Origin: Octopus sinensis
Lineage: Eukaryota
Direction of reading: 5' to 3'
Assembly: GCF_006345805.1 (NCBI RefSeq)
Contig: NC_042997.1
Span: forward strand, 130,076,001 to 130,140,000
DNA: 64,000 bases
The notes below the pieces were generated by a model. It saw only the letters and a program-made list of their open reading frames with translations, was not told where the DNA came from and did not search any database. The position numbers and the translations under genes were made by a program. Below, piece after piece: positions 51,282-63,526 of this stretch (the stretch's first letter is position 1; every line of letters starts with the position of its first letter).

Positions 51282-51432
51282 GACGTTGAACATCAAACTC
51301 CTGACAATGAGGACCAGTTTACTCTTCCAACAAAGTCAGGAGCCCCAATTGTTCCAAATTTCTATTATATTGGGCATCAAGATAGTTCTGTTCCTTTTCC
51401 ACGTACATCGGGAGCTCGTTTTTGTTCGGCAG
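51282..51432 (+). CDS. WDR59: WDR59 exon 15 (DVEHQT...QDSSVPFPRTSGARFCSA)
   Basis: tgtag/gtttg, 151 nt. Confidence 0.93.
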
Positions 51433-51595
51433 GTTTGTAATGTTGTTATTATCATTATTAATTATCCTGCTGGGGTTAAGTTTATTTTTCTGCTTTCTAA
51501 AGTCAATAAAATAAAATACTAATCAAGTACAAGGGTTGATTGATTTAACTATATTCTCCCCTAAAATATATGGTCTTGTACCAATGCTAGAACCA

Positions 51596-51922
51596 TCATC
51601 ATCATCATCATTGTTTAACGTCCGTTTTCCATGCTAGCATGGGTTGGACGGTTCGACTGGGGTCTAGGAAGCCAGGAAGCTGCGCCAGGCTCCAGTCTGA
51701 TCTGGCAGTGTTTCTACAGCTGGATGCCCTTCCTAACGCCAACCACTCTGTGAGTGAAGTGGGTGCTTTTTACATGCCACCAGCACAGGGGCCAGAGGAG
51801 GCTGGCAAATGGCCACGATTGGTTGGTGCTTTTTACGTGTCACCGACACGGACGCCAGTCAGGCGGCGCTGGCATCAGCCACGTTCGGATGGTGCTTTTT
51901 ACATGCCACTGGCACGGGTATT
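51596..51922 (-). mobile_element. Family A repeat
   Basis: Reverse complement of the consensus. Confidence 0.85.
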
Positions 51923-51930
51923 TTAACTAC

Positions 51931-51968
<38 letters not shown>

Positions 51969-52004
51969 CCACATAATTAACTACATTATATATATTGAAA
52001 GGCA

Positions 52005-52610
52005 GATTGTATGATGCCTGTGTGTGAACAGTTATGCTACACAGCAGTGGAACGTGGTCTGTAACAGCCGAGGATATGCATAGGCTTGAAAGAAATGAAG
52101 CCAGTATGCTTCACTGGATGTGCAATGTCAGTGTGTATGTTCAAGAGAGTGTAAGCATCTTGAGAGAAAAGTTAGGCATAAGAGACATCAGATGTGTGCA
52201 AGAGAAATGACTGTGATGTGTATGGACAAGGACAGCTGTGTAAAGAAGTGCCAATCTCTAACTGTAGAGGGAACTTGTGGTAGAGATAGACCCTGGAAGA
52301 CATGGGATGAGGTGGTGAAGCATGATCTTTGAACTTTAGACCTCACAGATGCAATAACTAGTGGCCAGAACCTTTGGCGATATGTTGTACTTGAGAAAAC
52401 CCCTCAAGCTAAGTGTAATTGTAGTCATGGCTGATACTGGTGTTACGTAACTTTCTAGTGTTGGGACCCATGGAGGCAAACTGGCTGATGCTGGTGGCAC
52501 ATGAAAAGCTCCTTTCAAGTGTTAGGCCTCATGGAGGCAATGACCAAGACCTTTGGCAGTACATTGTACTTGAGAAGAAGACCCATCAAGCCAAGTAAAA
52601 TCGCAGTAAA
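52005..52610 (+). mobile_element. Degenerate RTE-clade LINE C-terminal/3' fragment
   Basis: Same family as 11710-12530 (RNEASMLHWMCNV, VEGTCGRDRPWKTWDEVVKHDL). Confidence 0.75.
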
Positions 52611-52711
52611 CAGTGATATCAATTTTATAAAATTTATTCTCATATATTGAGAAATAATTGAAGTTCATACCAATCTTCAGTTTGTCTCATTCTTTTATTT
52701 CCATATTACAG

Positions 52712-52775
52712 GATATCTGGTTTGTTTTGGTCGTCAGGCCTCCAGCAAGAAAGCTTATACAGAGCGAACTCCCAA
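52712..52775 (+). CDS. WDR59: WDR59 exon 16 (GYLVCFGRQ...ERTPK)
   Basis: tacag/gtgag, 64 nt. Confidence 0.9.
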
Positions 52776-54168
52776 GTGAGTGACAATTTTGAAAACACAT
52801 TTATGCACTGTAATTGTTGTACTTAAATATTTCTTTTAAATTACATCAAATTTGCTTTATAATTATTTTGGGATTATCTCAATTCCTATAGCCATTAAAT
52901 ATTAACTGCAAGCACATCTTTCTACACCTTTCCAAATAGATTCAAATATAACTGTCTAGATAGCTATTAGGTCTTTTAATATTGAGCTGGCATTGTTCTT
53001 ACTGTTTAGCTCCAGGTGAGCCCTGATCAGACAGATTTCTGATCAAAGGTGTTCCAACTGTAACAATCTTATCTTTTATTCAAACATAGTATATTTTGGA
53101 TTGAGGAATTTGACTGCTATTTCTAATAAATCAAGTAATTGTGTAGGGGCTCTCAATTGTTCAAGTATATAACTGTTTTCTAAGTTGGTATGTGCTAAGA
53201 CTATCTCTCACACTAACATTGCACAGTCAATAGATTACATTTCTTTAATTGTATTTCAACCACCCAATACCTTGTCCTTCACCAGATCATATAGCATCAT
53301 ATAATTGTTTTACCTAAAGTATGCTGTCTCCCCTCACTACAACAAAGAAAGAATCCATTTACCGTCAGTAAAAGGTTTTTATCTAAATTAACTCTTCCCA
53401 TGTACAATTCCCAACTCAAAAAGTATTGAGACCATAATAATTTAAATGAAAATGCTACAAACCAGTGTAGATTTTCAAATATAATAATGGAATCATCATC
53501 ATTATTTAATGTCTGCTTTCCATACTGGCATGCGTTGGACAGTTTAACATGGAGCTAGCCAGCCAGGGAGCTGTCCAAACTCCTGTTGTCTGTTGTGACA
53601 TGGTTTCTACATCTGGATGCCTTTCTTAATGCCAACCACTTAACATAGTCTGCTGGGTGCTTTTTATGTGCCAACGGCTCCTGAAAGGACAATCTGGTAT
53701 CTGTAGATGACGATTTAACTTAGTTTGATGTGTCTTATCAAATACAGCAAATTTCCACATCTCCCAGTCCCTTGTCATTTCCTCAGTGAGGCCCAGTGTC
53801 CGAATATTTTAAATATTTCTATTTCCTATAAGGAAATTTATAAACAACAATTCTAGTACCTGTGGCATAATAAAATGCACCCAGTCTATGCAGTATAGTA
53901 ATTTGTTAGTAGGAAAAAGTATCGAATTATAAAAGCCATGGTAACAATGAAACGTGTTATATACAACAGCAAATTAGCCGTTTTCTGTTTATTGAACAAG
54001 ACATATCCACCAATTTGTCTTGAACTGTTACAACCTCTCCTACTAATGCTAACATGGAAAGCTGGTATTGATGATGTGGAAGAATATTCAGGCATATTCA
54101 ACACATGCAAGTATGGAAAAATATACATGATGATGATGATGGTGGTGGTAGTGGTGGTATTCTGATAA

Positions 54169-54403
54169 CGAAGGCGTCAAGCTGGCAGAAACGTTAGCAC
54201 GCCAGGTGAAATGCTTAGCGGTATTTCGTCTGCCGCTACGTTCTGAGTTCAAATTTCGCCGAGGTTGACTTTGCCTTTCATCCTTTCGGGGTTGATTAAA
54301 TAAGTACCAGTTACGCACTGGGGTCGATGTAACCGACTTAATCCATTTGTCTGTACTTGTTTGTCCCCTCTGTGTTTAGCCCCTTGTGGGTAGTAAAGAA
54401 ATA
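54169..54403 (+). mobile_element. SINE family B
   Basis: 13-bp flanking repeat ggtattctgataa (54156-54168, 54404-54416). Confidence 0.88.
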
Positions 54404-54925
54404 GGTATTCTGATAATGAGTTTCGATTCTGTATAGAAGATTAACTTTCTCTCAATTAGATTTGAAAAGTTGTTCCCTAACCTTATAAATAAATATTCTA
54501 AAATTTATTATTATGATATCTGTTTTACAAACTCACTATATAATACTTCATCTCTCCATCTTTTATTTACTACTGTATTGCCAAAATAGTCTTCACTTCT
54601 TGCCTACTCCTTCCTGTTTACCATTACCATTGGAATATATAAATCTTTCTCGTGTATTAGAGCCTTTGTGTTTACCTTCAACACTTCAATCACAAGCTTT
54701 CAAACTTCTCTATTTGTAAACCAGTAACTTCAGCAGTGGTTTTCTACTTAATCCCACCTTCAGTTCCAAACTCTCATTCTGTTCAGTTCCTTAAATCACT
54801 GCTTAATCATCTTAACAGTATCTGCTTCTCAAAATGGTTTATTTTATGAATTTTTTTTAACTTTTAAGATGATCATGTTGCAAATTTGATGAATGTTTCT
54901 TTACTGAATGATGCCTCTTTTACAG

Positions 54926-55064
54926 ATCTCTGTCAGTGCTAGCCTATTTACAGTCAGGCATGAGGTCACCCCAGTCAACATCATCCTACTCTGTCTTTTC
55001 TCGTAGCCCACCTACATCTGATGGAATGTTCTCTATCAGTAATTACTATGCTTTTAAAGAAAAG
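54926..55064 (+). CDS. WDR59: WDR59 exon 17 (SLSVLAYL...SISNYYAFKEK)
   Basis: tacag/gtaaa, 139 nt. Confidence 0.9.
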
Positions 55065-56125
55065 GTAAAGATTTACTTTGTTTTTCTAAACTGTTCGTTA
55101 TTCTTCTTTTACTTCCAATTATTGTCACCCTCCTCTTCGCCATCATTGTTACCACTCAGTTATATTTTGTTTCTCCTAGACAAATTCAAATCTTGTTTCA
55201 TAACTCAATAGATTTTGTTAGCAGATAAGTAGATCATAATTATCATCATTATCTAATGTCCATTTTCCATGCTGGTATGGGCTGGGTACTTTAACATGAG
55301 CTGGCTAGCCAGAGGACTGCACCAAGCTCCAGTGTCTACTTTGGCATAGTTTCTACGGATGGATACTTTTCCTTATGCCAACCACTTAACAGAGTGCACT
55401 GCGGTCTTTTTATATGGCAGCAGCAGCAGTGATGTCTCCAAGTAATTTGCTAGACAAGACACTTCAGTTGAAGGCTGTGGTATTGAGGGAGGTGATTTAT
55501 GCCAGGTGATGAGAAGTTAAAACATGTTAGGATAGTGATAGGTTTATTGCTGTACAACAGATACATGATTACACCACCTGAACTAAGAAGAGGATGGTGG
55601 TGAAGATGTGTCTGGGCACACCCTTGTCTCAAGCACCCCTGTCATTCAGTGGCTTTTAATACCAAAGAGGATACTACAAGATATTATAAGCAATTATATT
55701 TATCATGTAAACAAGATAGTAGAGTTCAAAATGTGATTAGTTTAATGCTTATTTACTGATATTTAGTTTGGAAGTTTTATGTTTTCCAAGTGTATCTTGC
55801 TGTGGAATCTTTTAGAAGGCAGGTATAATTCTAGGAAAATCACCTCTGTATAAATCTCTTTTTTTTACTGATATTTATTTGTTGTAAACCTGTCCCACTA
55901 AAGGACCATTATTATGTTTGCCTTCTCCTCCTCCTTCCCCTTGTACTATCAAGTCAACAATTTTGGGCAGTTTTCATCAGATGGTGTATAGGTTTGATGC
56001 TCATCTACTGTTTCATGTCATCAACCCTCTGCTCTGAGGTTATTGCCAACAAGCTCAGCCTTCCACAATCTTTACCACAAAAATATATTTACTTCAATGC
56101 CTTTGAGAAAAAGGGGGTCACTAAT

Positions 56126-56806
56126 TGTAACAAGGATGAAGGTCTCTGGAACACTTGAGGGGTGCCGGTCTTATCCTGTTACATTTAATTATTTGTCGAA
56201 AGGAAAACAGCAATAAATGATATTTATTTTTCTGGATTCGCAATAATATATATACATATAATTCCTTCAGGGCGAACCGGTAGCCATTTTGTTTTCTGGA
56301 GCCACTACAATCTTCTGTTTCGTGCTTCTGCACTCGAGGGTGAGCCTTGTAGTGACGCCATTTTGGAAGTCTTCAGCACACATGTGCAGAGTTGGATTTC
56401 TTCCAGTAGGCTGCTGGAAGTCCCCTCATGCGCATGCGCAGAGAACTACCAACAACAAGATTTCCCACTGGATCTGTCTTTTTCGAAGCTGCAGCCGAAT
56501 TGAATGGACATGTCCTTGCGGGTCTCCCAAGCAAGCCAACACGTAGAGGAGCCCTTCTATGCTGGAACGAGATAGCAATTGGCTCACACATGTTAACTAA
56601 TGTGACTAGTTTCATGGCCCATGGCTACTGGTTCGCCCTGAAGGAAATATATGTATATATATATTATTGCGAATCCAGAAAAATAAATATCATTTATTGC
56701 TGTTGAAGTTATTCGAAGTCTTGGTTTTCCTTTTGACAAATAATTTAATGTAACAGGATAAGACCGGCACCCCTCAAGTGTTCCAGAGACCTTCATCCTT
56801 GTTACA
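56126..56806. mobile_element. Non-autonomous element with long (about 160-185 bp) TIRs ending TGT...ACA (Ginger-like termini)
   Basis: 56126-56286 is the reverse complement of 56622-56806 apart from an indel of about 24 bp; GC-richer non-coding core. Confidence 0.8.
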
Positions 56807-56946
56807 GGAATAACTACATTGACAACAGTAACTACTGTTAGTTTATTGAAATTGTGTCAAAGGCAGGACTATGTCAAATGTAATGTGTTGTCTATTTTCC
56901 CCATAATATCTAAATACATTCCCTGTATGTTTTCGTTTGGCTGCAG

Positions 56947-57098
56947 AAGCGAAATCGAAGCCGATGTCGTTCTAAAGATACTTTAGATTCAAAAGGTCGA
57001 GATTCAGAACTGAAGAAGATGCCAAAAGTGAACCCAGTCATTATTTATGATGTTTTACCTCTGCAGATGCTTAACAAACAGTTAGCTGAAAACTATAT
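56947..57098 (+). CDS. WDR59: WDR59 exon 18 (KRNRSRCR...VIIYDVLPL...LAENY)
   Basis: tgcag/gtgag, 152 nt. Confidence 0.88.
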
Positions 57099-58024
57099 GT
57101 GAGTATTCCTTCTTTGCCCTTTGTTGTACTCTTTTGTCAGCTGCTGTCTGTGAAAATAGCTTTAGTTACTACGAGGGTTTATTTCGACCCTTTAGAATTG
57201 GAATTTTGAAAAGTAAAAATTTTGCATTATGTGGCTTGTTATTCTCTTTAAGTGAACATTTTTCTGGTTGAAATACACTGAAAAATGGCGACATAGCAGT
57301 AAAAAAATTGTAAAAAAAATAGGGATTGTCATAGAAAAAGAGCACCTTTTTGATGTAAATAATTTTTGGTGTTAACATGGTCCAATTTGAATTTTATCTT
57401 CTATGGAATGAAGAGCAAGCCTTCTTCTATCATACTCTCAATTTTGGTCAACTTGCATCACAGAGTCTCCGAAGAGATATTGTTAGTTGAAGGCTACCAA
57501 ACCTGCCATACACAGACAACTTCAGCTTTATATATATATAGAGATTGACAGAAGTTATAAATAAACGCATCATCATCATTTTAATGTCCATCCTTCCATG
57601 CTCGCAAGAGTCAAATGGAATTTGTCAAGACAGATTTGTTACAGCTGGATGCCCTTCCTGTCACCAACCCTCACCTGTTTCCAAGTAAGGTAATATTTCC
57701 TCATCACCATTTTCATGGAAGATTGGAAACAGCAGGCACTACTTGCATGACTGACACCCATTTTATAAATATCCTGTGATGTCAAGGCAAGGAGACAATA
57801 ACACACCCATGCGTACTCTCACAAACCTGTATATACATACATACATATACAACAGGCTTCTTTCAGTTTCCAAGTTCACTTGCAAGACTTTGGTTGACCC
57901 AGGGCTACAGTGGAAGATATTTTGTTGATACTTACCCAAGGTGCCACACAGTGGGACTGAACCCAAAACCATGTAGTTGGGAAGCAAACTTCTTACAGTG
58001 CAGCTTTGCCTGTTTACACACACA

Positions 58025-58055
<31 letters not shown>

Positions 58056-58164
58056 TACACACACATGCAATGTTAATGTCTGTATGAAAAATTTCTGTGT
58101 TTATTTCTAAGACAATTTTAATGGTGCTCTCTGATTTAGAATGTATTAACTGTTTTACTGTAGC

Positions 58165-58547
58165 ACCTGTGCCAGTGGCACGTAAACGTAACTAGCACCT
58201 GTGCCAGTTACATATAAAAAGCACCTTTTGAGTGCTGAGCCTCATGGAGGGTATGACAAATGACGAAGACCTTTGGCAATATGCCATGCTTGAGTAGAAG
58301 ACCCATCAAGCCAAGTGAAATCATAGCTGTGGCAGATACTGGTGTCATGCAACAGGCACCCATGCCAGTGACACGTAAAAGCACCCATTACACTCTCGGA
58401 ATGGTTGGCATTAGGAAGGACATCCAGCCAGAGATACCTTGCCAAATCAGACTGGAGTCTGGTGCAGCCTTTCAGCTTACCAACCCTGGTCGAACCATCC
58501 AGTCCATGCCAGCATGGACAATGGACGCTAAATGATGATGATGATGA
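58165..58547 (+). mobile_element. Family A repeat (diverged)
   Basis: Consensus match, (GAT)n tail. Confidence 0.75.
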
Positions 58548-58592
58548 AGACTAATTTTTCTTTCTCACATTTATATATTGTTGCTTTTACAG

Positions 58593-58674
58593 AATCCAAT
58601 TAAATGATATTCCTAAGATGTGCAGCCACAATGGTAATGCCGCACTTGCAGTTGGAAGGAAAGATTTAGTACAG
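58593..58674 (+). CDS. WDR59: WDR59 exon 19 (IQLNDIPKMCSHN...VGRKDLVQ)
   Basis: tacag/gtaaa, 82 nt. Confidence 0.93.
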
Positions 58675-58889
58675 GTAAATTGTTTGCTGTTGTTGTACTG
58701 ATACATCTAGTCTTCCATTTCGTATTCGTTTTTATTTCATGTAATTATGTCCTCTTTTAAATTGATTATGGAACTGAAATTGGTGTAAATGTTGATAGTG
58801 AATTGGCTGTAACATGTTTTCTGACCCTTACAGATGGTGAGGCTTAGAATTTAAATATAGTGAAATATGCCCTCACACACAACACTATA

Positions 58890-59345
58890 CTTACTTCACT
58901 CTTGAATTCACCCACTCATTGACATAGCACCCTATATCCACTTCATTAACTGGCATAAATATCCTCTATCTTCTGCTTTGATTGATATACTCTAACCCTG
59001 TATCTACCTCACTCTTATATTCACCCCACTGGCTAACACAAATCACTGTACCCACCCCACTAATTGATAAAACATCCTCTATTCACCACACTGGCTAATA
59101 TAGCATCCTCTAGCCACTACACTGATAGGTAAGATGCCCTCTATCTACCCTGCTGACAGTCACAGCCCTCTTAACACCCTCTGTCCACTCTGCTAGCTGG
59201 TATAACACGCTCTATCCTCTCCACTGATGAACATAATATGCTCTAGCTGATGTAACATCCTCTGTCCATTCCACTGTGAGATAAAACACCCTCTATCTAC
59301 CCTGCTAACAGTCACAGCCTTTTATCCACCTTATCATTATACCAT
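58890..59345. repeat. Degenerate C/A-rich minisatellite (units like ...atcctctatccac...ctg)
   Basis: Recurrent cctctat(c/t)(c/t)ac motifs about every 30-40 bp. Confidence 0.6.
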
Positions 59346-59397
59346 GCAACACTGTACTATATTTTACATTTCAGTTGTCTGATTTCTTTACTTTCAG

Positions 59398-59510
59398 ATG
59401 TGGTCATGGCTGGCTTTGGTTGCTGGAGGTGGTCAAGATTTTAGTAAAGATCCCTTTGATGGTGCCCCTTGGGCTCAGCATACTTTTGGAAGAAAACTAA
59501 TAAAATCTTT
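59398..59510 (+). CDS. WDR59: WDR59 exon 20 (MWSWLALV...PWAQHTFGRKLIKS)
   Basis: ttcag/gtaag, 113 nt. Confidence 0.93.
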
Positions 59511-60082
59511 GTAAGTGTCCCCTTCTCTTCCTTTCTTTTCTTATATTTTTTTGCTACCTTTCCCATCCACTGTATCTTGCTAGTTTGTATATTTTATTTC
59601 ATTGTGCCAATGGGCAGTCTTTTGGTATCGAAACCAGTACTTTTGACCACTTGTAATCTAGTGTCTTCAGAATATTCTACAAATGCAGCAAATAACATTT
59701 GTTCATGCAGGCTAGAAATGTGGACATTAAAACTGATGGTGATGTATGTGTATTCGTTTGTACTTGTATGCATGTGCACATGAATGTGTGCATGCAAAAG
59801 TAAGTGAATTTTAATATTTCATTTGTCACCATGTAAGCTTAGCTGTCCTAATATTGACATTATGACTGGGTGCTCTGTGTTTTCAAAGATCTATGGAATA
59901 TAAAAATTTCTTACCTAAAAACCAGGTGAGGGTTGGCATCATGAAGAGCATCTAGCCATAAACCCAGCTTTGAAATCAGTTTCCTTCCTGAACTATACTG
60001 GCATGGAGAAATAGATACCTTGTGAATGAATTTTGTAGACAGAAACTGTGTGGAAACCAGTGTTATTGATATATATATATAT

Positions 60083-60668
60083 GTCAAAAAGAGGGTGAAA
60101 AAATTGGATATTAATTTAATAACATCAATTTAAACACCAATGGACTAGCGCATAAAAGACTGAGATTCAGTAAATATTATTAATACACAAATATGAGAGA
60201 GAATCCACTATGTGGATGCTCTTACGCTAGATATAGATCCGCAAGGGTCTGAACCACTAAGAATTGTTGTCGAGAAAAATTTTAGCACACTATAAACGTA
60301 AGCGAGCAGGACAAATGAAAAATAACAAAAATATAGATTAACCCCATACAATTGTTTCACTGTTAATAAATTATGCAATTTTACTTACATAATTATCTTC
60401 AGGTCCTCAGTGAGGTACGTCATAAAATATAATTTGTCAAACTGCACGCTATGTATTAACACGAGGTCAAAGACACGAGCAATTCGGCCTATTATATTCA
60501 GTTATATTCAAATGCCCTTGTTCTAGCGCGCCAAATTCCCGGAAATAAATACTGCACAAGTAATTTACTGCAGTAGTTTACGCCGTTTTGAGAACATATT
60601 AATTTATAATTAAAGTCAAAAAGAGGGTGAAAAAATTGGATATTAATTTAATAACATCAATTTAAACA
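60083..60668 (-). mobile_element. Retrozyme/Penelope-pLTR-like unit: 532-bp monomer with 54-bp perfect terminal direct repeat, in (TA)n
   Basis: 60083-60136 is identical to 60615-60668; hammerhead motif inside; no ORF. Confidence 0.7.
60341..60416 (-). ncRNA. Type I hammerhead ribozyme motif with palindromic stem III
   Basis: ACCUCA-CUGAGGA-[stem II]-GAAACAAUUGUA/UGGGGU; 6-bp stem I, self-complementary ACAAUUGU. Confidence 0.62.
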
Positions 60669-60684
60669 ATTTATATATATATGT

Positions 60685-60940
60685 GGAGGCACATGGCTTA
60701 GTGGTTAGGGTGTCAGCATCATGATCGTAAGATTGCGGTTTCGATTCCTGGACCAGGCGATGCGTTATGTTCTTGAGCAAAAGACTTCATTTCACGTTGC
60801 TCTAGTCCACTCAGCTGGCAAAAATGAGTAACACTGTGATGGACTGGCGTCTCATCCAGCTGGGGAACACATATGTCATAGAAACTGGGAACTGGGCCCA
60901 TGAGCCTAGCTAGGCTTTAAAAGGATGCATTTATTTATTT
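60685..60940 (+). mobile_element. tRNA-derived SINE (family D)
   Basis: tggcttagtggttag...gtttcgattcc head followed by ttcttgagcaaa...gatggactggcgtc; related heads near 10810 and 32995. Confidence 0.7.
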
Positions 60941-61524
60941 TATTATATATATATATATATATATAATCATCATCATCATTTAGTGTACATTGTCCATGCT
61001 GGCATGGGTCGTCGGATGGTTTGATCAGGGCTGCACCAGACTGCAGTCTGATTTGGTATGGTTTCTACTACTGAATGCTCTTCCTAATGCCAACCACTCC
61101 CAGAGTGTAAGGGATGCTTTTACATGCCACTGGCACAGGTGCCAGTTGCATGACACCAGTATCTGCCATGATTACGATATCACTTGGCTTGAGGGGTCTT
61201 TTTCTGAAGCACAGCATATTGCCAAATGTCTCAGTCATTTGTTATTGCCTCACTGTTATCCTACACAGTTTGCTTTCACTATAACATATGGATTCCATTT
61301 TCCTTCTTTTTTTTACCTTTTTGTCATGGTTTTTATAATTGGATGCTTTTCCTTTCATCTTTACAACATGGACTTGGTGCATTTTACACCTCCAGCTCCA
61401 GGGAGTTTTCTGTCTGGACTAAAAGTGTTCATATGCATATGTGTGACTTTCAATGCTTGTATAAGAATGTGTATGAATATGTAAATATAGATAAGAAATA
61501 AGAAACTTTAATATTGTCCCGAGT

Positions 61525-61748
61525 GAGGTCATTGCCAGTACTGCCTGACTGGCCTCCGTGCAGGTGGCATGTAAAAAGCACCCACTACACTCTCGGAGTG
61601 GTTGGCATTAGGAAGGGCATCCAGCTGTAGAAACTCTGCCAGATCTAGATTGGAGCCTGGTGCAGCCATCTGGTTCGCCAGCCCTCAGTCAAATCATCCA
61701 ACCCATGCTAGCATGGAAAGCAGACGTTAAACGATGATGATGATGATG
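61525..61748 (+). mobile_element. Family A repeat
   Basis: Consensus match, (GAT)n tail. Confidence 0.85.
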
Positions 61749-61899
61749 TAGCAATCTGCTCCTCAGTGTACACAACTATCCCAACCAGTGGAACTGAAGA
61801 CTTTATGCCCGTCCTATACAATATGTTTAACTACTCATAATGCATGGTTTATTTATTGTGTTTGTAATGATTTTTATGTCTTTCTCTTCTATTATCTAG

Positions 61900-62038
61900 G
61901 CTTGACCACTACATGAGTATCTATGACATTCAAACATGTGCAATGTTGTCCTGTTTATTATGGACAAAATCTGTTGCTCAACAACTTCAACAACCTCCAC
62001 ATTCGCCAAAACCAGACAAAGAGAATATACCACCAAAC
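61900..62038 (+). CDS. WDR59: WDR59 exon 21 (LDHYMSIYDIQTCAMLSC...IPPN); further exons lie beyond the window
   Basis: tctag/gtaag, 139 nt; matches LAHYCRLRDVQTLAMLCS of vertebrate WDR59. Confidence 0.92.
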
Positions 62039-63317
62039 GTAAGTGTCTTTTTCTATTTCTCATCAATCTTCATATTCTGGAGGATAAAATGTCTTCATTT
62101 CTCTAAGCAATGGATCAAAGTATTGTTATATGTCATTTATTTGGATTTACCTCAGACTATTTCATTTGATAGTAGGGAGCCATTAAAGAAAGTATTTTGT
62201 TATATTCATTTAAATCTATTGTTACTATTTTTCTGTTGAAATACATTGCTTTTGGAAATTAATTTTGAAAATAACAAAGAATTTAGTAAAATAACTTTGC
62301 CGTTATTAACTAGCTGGTGTTTGAAAAATAATTTAATATGAAATTTTTATGGAAGGTTTTAACTTTGATCAGTTTAAAACAGTTAAGTTTGTATCATAGA
62401 ACCAGGAGTGGTCTCATATAGGTTGGTATCAAAAGGGTTAAAGGATGTGCTTCTAGCTATTGTACTATATATAATCCTTTCTACTATAGGCACAAAGCCT
62501 GAAATTTGGTGGGAGAAGGTAGTCAATTACATCAGCTTCAGTGTGTAACTGGTACTAATTTTATTGACCCGGAAAGGATGAAAGGCAAAGTCAACTTCGG
62601 CGCAATTTGAACTCAGAATCATAGCGGCAGATGAAACATTGCTAAGCATTTCGCCCAGCATGCTACTGATTCTACCAGCTCACCACTTTTTTTGTACTAT
62701 ATATAATGACACATGATTCGTATAAAACCAGTATGTTGTTAGAGACATGGAGTAAGATTAATAGAAGAGAATACTTATGACTATATCCTCACAATAGAAA
62801 GAGAGAAAGTGAGAGAGAGACACACAATTGTAAGATATGGATTACAGCTTGTTGAAAGATGATTGCTGCAGAGGTTGAATTCCTATTCAGAAATGTTTTA
62901 AGTTTATTTTTCAGTTACTTTGTATTCCACTCCTTATTTGGGTGGGCAGTGTTGTCCATAGAAAAGATTGTTCAGTCATCCAGAGTTACAAAGAATCAAG
63001 TAGTCTCTAATGTCTGAAGTAGGGGATCATCTAGTGAAACCCATTCCTGTTCATTCTAATTTGCTTCCCATCTCTGGACATTCTGTTGCAGCACCCCTGC
63101 TAGAAAAGGGAACTCAATGTAGTCTGCTGATTTAGTGAATGTAATAAATAAATAAATTTCACACATTCTTCTACTGTTTGCAAACACAGAAACAACGACA
63201 TATCAATGATCTTGAATCTATATTAAAAGCTAAATACTTCCAAACTGTTCACAACAAAACCAGTAACAAAGGCTGATATCAAACATTCCATTGCTACCTG
63301 GTGGTTTGAATCCAACC

Positions 63318-63526
63318 AATCGTGGCCGTTTGCCAGCCTCCTCTGGCCTCTGTGCCGGTGGCACGTAAAAAAACACCCACAGAGTGGTTGGGATTAGGAA
63401 GGGCCTCCAGCTATAGAAACACTGCCAGATCAGACTGGAGCCTGGTGCAGCCTCCATGGCTTCCCAGACCACAGTCGAACCGTCCAATCCATGCTAGCAT
63501 GGAAAACAGACGTTAAATGATGATGA
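63318..63526 (+). mobile_element. Family A repeat
   Basis: Consensus match, (GAT)n tail. Confidence 0.8.

Larger units (their letters stand above)
9353..62038 (+). other. WDR59: WDR59 gene span (GATOR2 subunit; WD40 repeats + RWD-like domain), 3'-incomplete in this window
   Basis: 21 exons join in frame with GT-AG boundaries and follow vertebrate WDR59 colinearly (RWS..., MAVDCLGQ, WDPRK, PVWKARYTPF, QPQTLLQEFSL, PFPRTSGARFC, VGRKDLVQ, PWAQHTFGRKL). Confidence 0.95.

Noticed and set aside
9407-61899. Possible U12-type introns in WDR59
   Set aside because: All donors read are U2-type GT (gtaag, gtgag, gtttg, gtcag, gtaat, gtaaa, gtagg); no GTATCCT or ATATCCT.
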